Positions 16,779 through 25,646 of a DNA stretch of 48,130 bases are shown here, in pieces. This DNA is from a virus (taxonomy: Duplodnaviria; Caudoviricetes), in IMG/VR virus record IMGVR_UViG_3300049790_000014, positions 1-48,130 of that record; one strand, 5' to 3'. Made by a program: the position numbers and the translations under genes. Under the pieces are notes generated by a model that was not told the origin of the DNA, did not search any database, and saw only the letters and a program-made list of their open reading frames with translations. The number at the start of each line of letters is the position of its first letter. Positions within the stretch are counted from its first letter, which is position 1.

Positions 16779-17544
16779 CGAGCATTTCAATTTCCCCAAC
16801 GTCAAAAACATGTTCATCCCCGACCCCGGCCACACCATATGCGAGGCCGACCTTGCTGGCGCCGACGCTCGCGTGGTGGCATGGCGCGCCCGTGACGAAG
16901 ACCTCATGCGCGCGTTCGAGTCGGGCGTCAAGATCCATGTCCACAACGGGACCGCTATCTTCGGCCGCGACAAGATGTACTCTCGCAGCAACAGCGGCAA
17001 GTCGGAGCCCTATTACACGCGCGTTAAGAAAGGGGTCCACGCCACCAACTACGGCGCAACCGTCGGAGCCGCCAAGCGCTGCGGCATGACGAAGACGGAG
17101 TTCTCTGAGTTCCAAAGCACCTGGTTCCGCCTCCACCCTGCAATCCTCGAATGGCATAAGGAGACCGACCATAATCTCCAAGTTGATCGCACCGTCCGCA
17201 ATCCCTTCGGCTACTCTATCACATACTTCGACCGCCCAGGGAACTGCTTCACCAACGCCCTCGCATGGGAGCCCTCTTCTGTTGTTGCCGAGGTCACATT
17301 CATTGCCATGCGGCGCATCCATCGACAATACCGCGGGCTCATTCAGCTCCTGCTCCAAGTGCACGACTCCCTCGTCATGCAGATACCTACGCGAGTACTG
17401 GGACCAACACTTCGCTCGCTTCACGGAATGCTCAACGAGATCGTAGTCCCCTACCCTACCCCGCTCATCATCCCCTGGGACATCAAGCTCTCAACCGAGT
17501 CATGGGGCCAAACCAAAGAGGCTAGCTGGGAACAGGCCGCGTAA
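16759..17544 (+). CDS. DNA polymerase family A, C-terminal catalytic subunit (palm/fingers)
   Basis: Motif A EADLAGADARVVA, motif B KKGVHATNYG, motif C LLQVHDSLV; GTG start after ggagaagg. Confidence 0.9.
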   Translation: MSHPRPSEHFNFPNVKNMFIPDPGHTICEADLAGADARVVAWRARDEDLMRAFESGVKIHVHNGTAIFGRDKMYSRSNSGKSEPYYTRVKKGVHATNYGATVGAAKRCGMTKTEFSEFQSTWFRLHPAILEWHKETDHNLQVDRTVRNPFGYSITYFDRPGNCFTNALAWEPSSVVAEVTFIAMRRIHRQYRGLIQLLLQVHDSLVMQIPTRVLGPTLRSLHGMLNEIVVPYPTPLIIPWDIKLSTESWGQTKEASWEQAA

Positions 17545-18770
17545 TGGCTGCTAAGCGTATCTACGACAACTGGCTCGAGGCCTATCTGCGCTACACCTCC
17601 AACACCGAGGCGCCCGAGAATTTCAACTTCTGGGTGGGCATCTCCACAATCGCAAGTGCGGTCGGGAGGCAGGTCCTGATAGACCAAGGTCACTTCCAAT
17701 GGGTGCCCAACTTCTACATCACAATGGTGGCGAAGGCGGGCCTCGCAACGAAGTCGACCGCTATCGGCCTCGGTGAAGACCTCATGCGCGCGACGGGCAA
17801 GATCAAGTTCGCGGCCAACTCCTCAACCTGGCAGGCCCTGGTCGAAGAGCTAACCGAGTCCAAGCGCGCCAACCTAGAGGTCGGAACACCCCACTGCACG
17901 CTAACCGTCGTAGCGTCGGAGCTGGGCACGTTCCTCGACCTCGAGAACCGCGAGCAGGTTGAGTTCCTCACTGAGGTCTGGGACGCTAAGCGCTCGGCCT
18001 GGATACGGCGGACCGTTGGCGGCGGCGATAAGAAGCAGAAGGTCATTGAAAACCCCTGCCTCAACCTCATCGCGGCCACGACGCCGGTCTGGATACGCAA
18101 CAACTATAAACAGAACATGGTGGGAGGGGGTTTCTCCTCTCGCCTAATCATGGTTGAGGGCAAGGCAAAGCGCCGCTATATTGCGTATCCTAAGCACGAG
18201 CCTCAGAGCCCCGGCCTGCGCGAGATGCGGGAGCATCTCATCGCCGACCTAACTGCCATGACGGAGCTCAACGGGGAGATGCAACTCTCTCCCGAGGCCA
18301 TCGAGTGGGGCACAACCTGGTATCGCAACCACCACGAGAAGCCCGAGATGCGCAAGCTCGTCGGCGACCAGTTCGACGGCTATTACGCTCGTAAGCAGAC
18401 CCACATGCACAAGCTCGCAATGATCATGTCGATCGCTTGCGGGGACTCTATGATAGTCGAGCTCGACCATCTCATCGCCGCGCAGGACTGCCTCTATGAA
18501 ATGGAGCGCAATCTCAATGGCCTAATGGAGCACACGCAGGCGTCGGGCTGGTACGCCATGGCCAAGGTGAACATCCTCAATGCTATCCGCGAGCGTGGTA
18601 GCATGGACCGCGACGAGCTCTATTCCGAGATGAGCACCACACTGAGCGGGAAGGACTTCGACCGCATCATCGCCGACCTAGCGCGCGGCAAGCAGATCTC
18701 CATGCTGGCGACCGGGAGCGGCATCAGGGTCGCGCCGAAGATGCAGGCCATTCAGGGAGGGAAGAAGTAG
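17544..18770 (+). CDS. DUF3987/YfjI-like P-loop ATPase, MCM-like putative helicase with C-terminal winged helix
   Basis: PNFYITMVAKAGLATKST, VVASELG, CLNLIAATTP, GFSSR. Confidence 0.75.
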   Translation: MAAKRIYDNWLEAYLRYTSNTEAPENFNFWVGISTIASAVGRQVLIDQGHFQWVPNFYITMVAKAGLATKSTAIGLGEDLMRATGKIKFAANSSTWQALVEELTESKRANLEVGTPHCTLTVVASELGTFLDLENREQVEFLTEVWDAKRSAWIRRTVGGGDKKQKVIENPCLNLIAATTPVWIRNNYKQNMVGGGFSSRLIMVEGKAKRRYIAYPKHEPQSPGLREMREHLIADLTAMTELNGEMQLSPEAIEWGTTWYRNHHEKPEMRKLVGDQFDGYYARKQTHMHKLAMIMSIACGDSMIVELDHLIAAQDCLYEMERNLNGLMEHTQASGWYAMAKVNILNAIRERGSMDRDELYSEMSTTLSGKDFDRIIADLARGKQISMLATGSGIRVAPKMQAIQGGKK

Positions 18771-18798
18771 TACCATGTGTCCCGGCACGTAGTACTAC
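18767..18798. repeat. 32-bp imperfect palindrome, copy 2, at the convergence of the two arms
   Basis: GTAGTACCATGTGTCCCGGCACGTAGTACTAC; includes the TAG stop of 17544..18770. Confidence 0.9.
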
Positions 18799-18809
18799 CT
18801 TCCGACCTC

Positions 18810-21800
18810 TCACTCCATCGGCACCCGCTTCCGCTCGACCTCCGGATACAGCGTATCGACCTGCTTGGTCACGCCGCGGAACATCCTCTCGCGAGGAATA
18901 TCTTTCTCCTTATACAAGCGGTCCTTGGTCCGGGTCTGCACACTCTTCCGGACCGCATCGCTGGAGATTATGAGCCCCCTATCCGGCACGTCTTTATTAT
19001 ACCTCTTAATCGCCTCGGTGGCGTCCTTGCGCGCCTCGAGATCCTTAAGCTGGATCGAGCGATAGAACTCCCGCATGAGGATATCCCTCTGCCCTTTCCA
19101 ATAATCCTGCACCTCTTTGCGCGCGCTCAGGAGATCCCACGTCTGATTGAGGCGCGTCGGCTGGAAGCCCAGCCCCACGCCCGCAAGGATATCCATCTGG
19201 TCATTCATATCGTTCGGATCGAACCTCATGACCGCCGTGCCATTTCTATCGCGCTCCATTTGCTCCGCGAGTAACCGGCTCGCCCGCGTGACTGCCCGAG
19301 CCGCCCTCGGCATCGCCCGCTCCCAGCGCTTTGGATCGCTCGCCGGAAGAGAGCTATCGAGGATGCTATTATACAGCGCCATCGGAACACCCAGCACCGG
19401 CCCCGCCATCTGGCTAACCGCATTGCCGATCGCCTCGGCCCCCGTATCACCACGCGGGTTGAGAACCTCCTTCAGCCCCGGAATGATCCGGCCCATCGAC
19501 AGCGCCCCGCTCAGATCCACCCGTGGCGCGGGCACCCCGATTGTGTTGAGCGCCTGGCTCACGCCGAACCCTTCCCGCGCGGCCCCATGCAGCACTATAT
19601 CCGGGCTAATCGCGCCATCGGCCCCCCAATCGAGCATCATCTGCCTTACCATGCGCTCAAAGTCGAACGGCAAATTCCACTGCCGAGCCAGCCACTTCGC
19701 CAGCTCGTTCGCGTCATCAGCGCCCGGCAACCCCATGAGGCCCGCTGTCGCCAGCATCATGAGCATGAAGCGCGCCTGTATCTTCCGATCGCTCTTGAAC
19801 ATAAAGTACAGCATGTTCTGGAGGTAGTTCTTGAACATGAACACCACGCCCCTCGCCCCCTCCATGAGCTTCGGCCGGGTCCAGCGCCCGTATTCAAACT
19901 GGGTCCTGCGCAGCGCATCGGCCGCGGCCATGTACGACCGCAACGTCTTCTCGTCCCACCCACGGTCGATACGCAACTGGTCCGCCTCGACCTTATTCTC
20001 CGCCATGACCTGATCAATCCAAGCCACGTCGTTGTTATTCATCGCAAGGTCGAACGCAGCTCGGAAAGTGACACTCCGGTTAATTCGCTCCGCGAGGGCA
20101 AAGGGCGCAGTTCCCCATTGGGCAAGACGACGAAGCCCTCTTTGCCAGTTCGCTCCCGGTAGGGTGCGCTGAAGCACAGGACCCTGACTTGTGGCAGCAA
20201 GCTCAGTGGCATACCCGTCATCAATAAGGCGATTGAAGTGAGCTTCCTCAAGCGCTTCCTGTTTCGGGGATTCCTCGATGGGTTTACCCCGGAGCCAATC
20301 GAAAAACTCCTTGCTGTTCTCCGCATACGCTTGCGTCACCCTCCCCATTGTCTTAAGATCGCCGAACTTGCCCGCCAAAAACGGCAGGCTCACCATCGGC
20401 ACCTGCGTCAAATTCGTGACCGCTGCAGCCGGCACAAATGCAAAGTACCAGAGGAATCCGAGCGCCCGCACCTCGGCCCAGTCACCCGCCGGCTGCATCT
20501 GCGCCTCGTAGTGCCGCGTCATGAGGTCCGCAATACGGGTTCGCGCATCCCGCGAGATCGGGCTCCCCGTCGTGCGCACGCTCTGAATGGCGTCCTCGAG
20601 CGTATGCGCATACTCCATGCGCGACATGAACTTCGAGCTCCTCGCGAAATAGTTCGCGTAAGCCCTCATGCCGTCCATAGAGTACCCCGGAGTATTCTTC
20701 CGCCCCGCGAGCTGATGCCGGAAACTCGTCGTGCCGAGGTTCTGCATGGCCATCTTTTCGAGCGTTATTTTATCGCGCTTCTGCTGTGCTGTGAGGTCCT
20801 CCTCATTCAGCCCAAGCGCCCGCTCCACGTTCTTGAGCGCATAGCGCGGCAGGCCCTGCCACTGGCGGAGGTGCTCGCCAATCTCATCCTCCTCAATCTT
20901 GACGCTCCGCGGCCCGCCGAGGCGCTTAGACAGCTCCACCCCAGCCGCGTCCCGGTCCTTCTTGGTCGCGAACGTCTCGAAATGCACGACCTTGTTCTTC
21001 TCGCCCCTTACCGTGAGCGCATACTTACCAAACCTCATATGCGGGAAATAGGGCTTCTGCCGGAGCTGCTCCGTTTCGCCCCTGATCTCCATAATGCGGT
21101 CGTTGAGGAGCTCTGGATCACTAACCGTCTCGCGCGCCTGCTGTATGCTGACGTTCTCGAGGTAGCTGGTGAACTGGAGGAAATCATTCCTGATATCCAC
21201 ATAGACCTGAAAGCTCTTCTTATCCAGCTTATGCTTGCGGACGAGCGCGAGAAGCTCCTCCGGCTTCGGCCAACGCGGCTTCTCCTCGCCCTTCGCGAGC
21301 TTCTTCTGGTCGAGATAGACCATATTGTCCAGATCGAACATCAGCCCCCAGAGCCCGTCCATCTGCGCCTTGCCGAGCTTCTGCGCCTCACGGATGCGCT
21401 CGTCCGCGAGGGTCGCCCATCCCATGGCCCTATTCTCCATGGCCCGAGTGGCGCTCTTGTACACCTGGAGGCCCTGGATATGCGGGTTAAGGTCGGCCAG
21501 CTGATGGATACCCGTGAGCCATTCCAGCATAGTCGAGTGCTTGTCGGCCATAGCGAGGAGCGCCTCGAGCCGCTTCCTGCCCTCTCCGTGCTCCCTCGGC
21601 AGGATCTTCAACAGCTCCCTCACCTGGAACGTCGAGGCCTTCTCCGGTTGAGCCACCACGTACTGGTCAATACCCAGAGCCTTAAACCGGGCCTGGTTCT
21701 TGTTAATGCTGTCAATAAGAACGTCGCGAGTCTTCTGATCGAGGAACGGCGGGTCCGCATTCGTGAGCCCTCTCAACTCCAACTGCTCGAGCCACTTCTG

Positions 21801-24800
21801 CACGGCCTCAACCGGAGCGCCCTGTTTCGTGTCAAACGCAAACGGGCTGATCCCGGCTAGGACCTTCTTGTGCAGCGCATCAATGATGCCCTTGATCCGG
21901 CTCCCCATCTTCGAGAAGAACTTAGCAACCGGGCCAATGACCTTGACCGGCTGGGTCATGTACCGCGCGACCTGATTGACCAGCCACTCCTCGAACTGAT
22001 ACTGCTCGAACTTCGCCCCCTTATAGCCCTCAATCGTGCGTAAGACCAGCGGATGCGGAATCGTCATGGCCATCTGGCGCGCCCGGTCCTGGCCCTTCGC
22101 GAGGTGCATCTCACGCCGGTACGCCGTCTTGATCAGGTCCTGCATGTCGGCGCTCGTCGCGCCCCATTCGAACGTGACCACGTTCTCGGCCACAGCTTTC
22201 GAGAAATCGGCGAAGAACTCTGTGACCTGCTCCTCATCCGCCGTCAGTTTCGAGCTTCCCGTGCCCATCTTCTTTGCGAGTTTCGCGGCGCTCGACAGGG
22301 CTGCTCCTCGCTTCGGGAACGCCGGCATATTCCCCGTGAGCCTGCTCTTCCAGAACGCCTCGCCCTGCGTGGTCACGCTCTGCGCGTTGCCCGGCACCAG
22401 CTGGAGCCCTGCCCCATTCGCGATCTTCTCAATAAAGTCATACGCATGCGTGGCGACCCGCTTCCGCCTCAATTCCGGCGCCACATAAGCGTCCGTAACC
22501 GTGACCGCATTGGCCTTCTCCCCGTCCGGCTCAACGACGAACTTCGCAATCTCCTTGCCCTCTGCATTCTTCATGAGCATGGTGATTTGGTCGTTGCCCG
22601 AGCGCGTTATGTTGAGGAATTCGTTCGCGACTTTGAGGTTCTTCTGCGAGACCATATTGTTGAGGAACTGCTGCAGCTTTGCGTTGTCGATCTGACCGTC
22701 CGGGAGCTGCTCCCTCACGCTCTGGGCGCTGTCGCCGAGCTGGCCGAGGGGGTTGCCCTTCCAGTTAATCCATCGCTCAACCTGGCTAACGTCCGCGTCC
22801 TCAATCGGTGCGAGCTTCTTGCCGTCGATGTCCTCCTTCAACGACGCTACTAGCGCGTCATACGGACCCGTGGCCATGACCACCGGCGGCTTGCTCACAC
22901 CGTTGGGGTACTTGACGAGGATATCGTGATCAGGGCGCTCCAGCCGCGCGGCCGTTTCCTGCCCGAGGGACCGTACCGTCCCATCTGCCCCGATAACCAT
23001 GCGCCTCTTGTTTGCCGGCGTATTGTGGAGGATTTTCACAACCGGCCCGCCCAGATACGCCCACGTCATATCCCGCCGCGTGAGCTGCTTCCCGCCGAGC
23101 GTCGGCTTCGCGTAGAACCACGGGTTGACCATGATAACGCTGCGGCTCTGGCTGACCTTTCCGCCCGAGGGAATGATATCCTTCTCGACGTATTTCACGC
23201 CCCTGTCCGGCATGACGCTCGGCGGCACGATCTCAACAACGTAATCCGTCTTGATCCCGAAGTTCTTTACGATATCGCGCAGCATGGCCCCGATCGGCGA
23301 GGGCTTGACCTTGTATTTCGTCTTATACTTCGCCCCGCCCTCAACCTCGCCCACGAGCACCTTCTGCAACCCGCTATGATGGTGCTGCGCGAGAAAGAGC
23401 TCCTCCGTCGCCGCATCATGATACTGGACGTATTTGCTCACGCGCGGGTCCCGCTCTCTTCGCGCCCGCGACTTCACGAGCCTCTTGAGCTGGTCGTCCT
23501 TACTCACCCGAGGCCCAACCTGCTCGGCTGGCATAGAGAGTTCCCGCTCGCGCAGTTGCTCCAGGAGCGCAAACTCGTCCGTGCCCTGATGCACGTCCAG
23601 CCGGAGCCCCGCATTCACGAGCGCCATGAACCGATCCACGATCGGACCGGGCTGCTTCGAGAACTCGAGCCCTCCTGTGATGCTCCGCGCGAGCCGGGTA
23701 TAGAGCCGCAACAGGGCCGTCTTGCGGGCGTCCGAGAGGTTCCCCACAAAGCGTATTCCCATAGCCCGAGCCCGGCCGAGGTTGAACTTCCGGCTCACCT
23801 CCGAGCTCGCCAGGAGCCGCTGTGTCAGGTCCCGCGTTGGGAGCGCGGTAACGTTGTTCGGATCGATATTCTCCAGATCAACCCGCCGGCCCTTGAACCC
23901 GCTGTCCTCCGTCTCGCCCTGCCCCCGCGACATGACGTAGAACTTCTTCCCGTTGCTCAGCGTCCGAGTTTCCTTCAGCCCCGCCTGCGTGAGCTGGCTC
24001 TGGATCTTGTCCACGCTCTCGGCGAGTTGCGCGGCCTTGCTCGGATCCCGGAGCATAACCTGACTATCACTCACCGGCTCAATACGCGCCCCGAGGTTCA
24101 CCGCCTCGCGATACTTAGCCCGTGCGAGAGCAATGTTCTGCTCCATGTTGATCCCGGTCCGGGCCTTGAGCGCATCATTCTTGAGCTTAATGGCCTCCAC
24201 TAGCGCACTCGAGGCCGCGCCCATGTTGGCCGGATCGAGGAAATCCACACGCGGGCTGTTGAGTGTATCGGGCAGGTCCTCGACCGCCGCAGTAATGTCG
24301 CCCCGATTGACCTTGCTCGGGTCCAGCCGGAGGAATCCTTTCCCGCCCCCGACCGCCCCATCATTGAGCGCTTGATCTTGGGTGCCGAACACCGGCTCCG
24401 CCCCATCGATCACCGCCGCATAGAGCCCCCTCTTGCGCAGATCCACCTCCGAGAGCAACTGATCGCGCTCGAGCGCATTCGCAGCCCCGACCGTGGCATC
24501 AATACCATTCGGCGCCCTCATGATGACCTCTTCCGGCCCACTCACCGGGAGCTCATTCACATCCTGCCCGGTCACGATCGGGACGTCTCCGCTCGCCTTG
24601 CGGATCTCAAAGTCGTTGAGCTTCTCATGCGGCTCGTGTCCCACAAAAGCGCTCAAAAACCCGCCCCCGACCGCGCCTCCGACCAGCGCATTGAGGCGCC
24701 TCGACCACGCGTCCGGACCCGTAGCCGAGTACTTCTCGTCGAGGAAGTTCCGCGCCTGAATATCAATCTCCTCCTGCAGCGCTTCCGTCCCGCCCTCGAC

Positions 24801-25646
24801 CATAGCGCCGGTTAATGCACGGCCCAGCTTACTGGTCTGACCGAGATATATTCTTTCCAGGAGGTTCGAAGCTTCAGCCCCCGTGAGGCCGAGGCCCTTG
24901 CTGAGCATAAGCGGAAAGACGCTCTCGGCTGCACCCTTGAGACCGCCGGCTGCCAGAGAAGTAAGAGGACTGATGTCCCCCGTCGCTTTATGAAGTTCCT
25001 GCGACGTTGCGGCGGCCTCAATACCACTAGCCGTTGTGAACGCGCCGATCCCCTCTGCTGGAAGCGAAGCGAGGATGCCGGCACGTGTACTAGCGGGGAC
25101 CCCTTTGCGCACCATTTTATCCGCGAGAACCCTGGCCGCCCCCGCACCAGACATGATGCTGAGGATGAACGGAGCCGTCTCGCCAAGCGTTCCCGCGACG
25201 TATTTCGCCCAATTGATAGGGTCCATAAATCGCAAATCTTCAACGCTAGCGACCCCCCTCTGAGCACCACCGTCCGCGATTTGTTCGCCCGTTTGAGCAA
25301 GCGCTTGCGCAAGTCCATTGGAGTCCCATCCGGTTGAGTCCTCCAGCGCCGCAACGCCTATAGCGCCGAGCGTTGGGAGGGTTGAGATAACCTGTCTTGC
25401 ACCCTGCTGGAGCCCCGCTCCGAACTCACCGACGATCGTCTCGGCCTTGCCCCGGCCAAACAACGTCCCCTCAGTGTTGACCGGACCCGGCCGCTCCCAC
25501 GGAGCCTTGACCGCTGGCTCAGCCGGCCTATCCCAAGGCGCTCGTGCGATCGGGATTGGAGCCTGTTCCGGGAGCGAAGAAACCCCCGGCAGTGTGTCCG
25601 CCGGAGGCTGTTCTGTGGGTCTTTCCCAGGGTGCTCTGTCAGCCAT
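18810..25646 (-). CDS. Giant internal virion/ejection protein, PLxRFG-type polyvalent protein with GNAT domain (2278 aa)
   Basis: PYFPHMRFG and NLTQ..PFLAGKFG motifs; AYVAPELRRKRVAT GNAT motif A; last gene of the structural arm. Confidence 0.8.
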   Translation of the reverse strand: MADRAPWERPTEQPPADTLPGVSSLPEQAPIPIARAPWDRPAEPAVKAPWERPGPVNTEGTLFGRGKAETIVGEFGAGLQQGARQVISTLPTLGAIGVAALEDSTGWDSNGLAQALAQTGEQIADGGAQRGVASVEDLRFMDPINWAKYVAGTLGETAPFILSIMSGAGAARVLADKMVRKGVPASTRAGILASLPAEGIGAFTTASGIEAAATSQELHKATGDISPLTSLAAGGLKGAAESVFPLMLSKGLGLTGAEASNLLERIYLGQTSKLGRALTGAMVEGGTEALQEEIDIQARNFLDEKYSATGPDAWSRRLNALVGGAVGGGFLSAFVGHEPHEKLNDFEIRKASGDVPIVTGQDVNELPVSGPEEVIMRAPNGIDATVGAANALERDQLLSEVDLRKRGLYAAVIDGAEPVFGTQDQALNDGAVGGGKGFLRLDPSKVNRGDITAAVEDLPDTLNSPRVDFLDPANMGAASSALVEAIKLKNDALKARTGINMEQNIALARAKYREAVNLGARIEPVSDSQVMLRDPSKAAQLAESVDKIQSQLTQAGLKETRTLSNGKKFYVMSRGQGETEDSGFKGRRVDLENIDPNNVTALPTRDLTQRLLASSEVSRKFNLGRARAMGIRFVGNLSDARKTALLRLYTRLARSITGGLEFSKQPGPIVDRFMALVNAGLRLDVHQGTDEFALLEQLRERELSMPAEQVGPRVSKDDQLKRLVKSRARRERDPRVSKYVQYHDAATEELFLAQHHHSGLQKVLVGEVEGGAKYKTKYKVKPSPIGAMLRDIVKNFGIKTDYVVEIVPPSVMPDRGVKYVEKDIIPSGGKVSQSRSVIMVNPWFYAKPTLGGKQLTRRDMTWAYLGGPVVKILHNTPANKRRMVIGADGTVRSLGQETAARLERPDHDILVKYPNGVSKPPVVMATGPYDALVASLKEDIDGKKLAPIEDADVSQVERWINWKGNPLGQLGDSAQSVREQLPDGQIDNAKLQQFLNNMVSQKNLKVANEFLNITRSGNDQITMLMKNAEGKEIAKFVVEPDGEKANAVTVTDAYVAPELRRKRVATHAYDFIEKIANGAGLQLVPGNAQSVTTQGEAFWKSRLTGNMPAFPKRGAALSSAAKLAKKMGTGSSKLTADEEQVTEFFADFSKAVAENVVTFEWGATSADMQDLIKTAYRREMHLAKGQDRARQMAMTIPHPLVLRTIEGYKGAKFEQYQFEEWLVNQVARYMTQPVKVIGPVAKFFSKMGSRIKGIIDALHKKVLAGISPFAFDTKQGAPVEAVQKWLEQLELRGLTNADPPFLDQKTRDVLIDSINKNQARFKALGIDQYVVAQPEKASTFQVRELLKILPREHGEGRKRLEALLAMADKHSTMLEWLTGIHQLADLNPHIQGLQVYKSATRAMENRAMGWATLADERIREAQKLGKAQMDGLWGLMFDLDNMVYLDQKKLAKGEEKPRWPKPEELLALVRKHKLDKKSFQVYVDIRNDFLQFTSYLENVSIQQARETVSDPELLNDRIMEIRGETEQLRQKPYFPHMRFGKYALTVRGEKNKVVHFETFATKKDRDAAGVELSKRLGGPRSVKIEEDEIGEHLRQWQGLPRYALKNVERALGLNEEDLTAQQKRDKITLEKMAMQNLGTTSFRHQLAGRKNTPGYSMDGMRAYANYFARSSKFMSRMEYAHTLEDAIQSVRTTGSPISRDARTRIADLMTRHYEAQMQPAGDWAEVRALGFLWYFAFVPAAAVTNLTQVPMVSLPFLAGKFGDLKTMGRVTQAYAENSKEFFDWLRGKPIEESPKQEALEEAHFNRLIDDGYATELAATSQGPVLQRTLPGANWQRGLRRLAQWGTAPFALAERINRSVTFRAAFDLAMNNNDVAWIDQVMAENKVEADQLRIDRGWDEKTLRSYMAAADALRRTQFEYGRWTRPKLMEGARGVVFMFKNYLQNMLYFMFKSDRKIQARFMLMMLATAGLMGLPGADDANELAKWLARQWNLPFDFERMVRQMMLDWGADGAISPDIVLHGAAREGFGVSQALNTIGVPAPRVDLSGALSMGRIIPGLKEVLNPRGDTGAEAIGNAVSQMAGPVLGVPMALYNSILDSSLPASDPKRWERAMPRAARAVTRASRLLAEQMERDRNGTAVMRFDPNDMNDQMDILAGVGLGFQPTRLNQTWDLLSARKEVQDYWKGQRDILMREFYRSIQLKDLEARKDATEAIKRYNKDVPDRGLIISSDAVRKSVQTRTKDRLYKEKDIPRERMFRGVTKQVDTLYPEVERKRVPME

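Noticed and set aside
16080-16810. Group I intron or intein interrupting the polymerase
   Set aside because: The insert is fully occupied by a coupled HD gene, with no homing endonuclease, intron structure space or intein terminal motifs.
14356-17544. Polymerase pseudogene
   Set aside because: All exonuclease and polymerase catalytic motifs are retained, and both halves have plausible starts.
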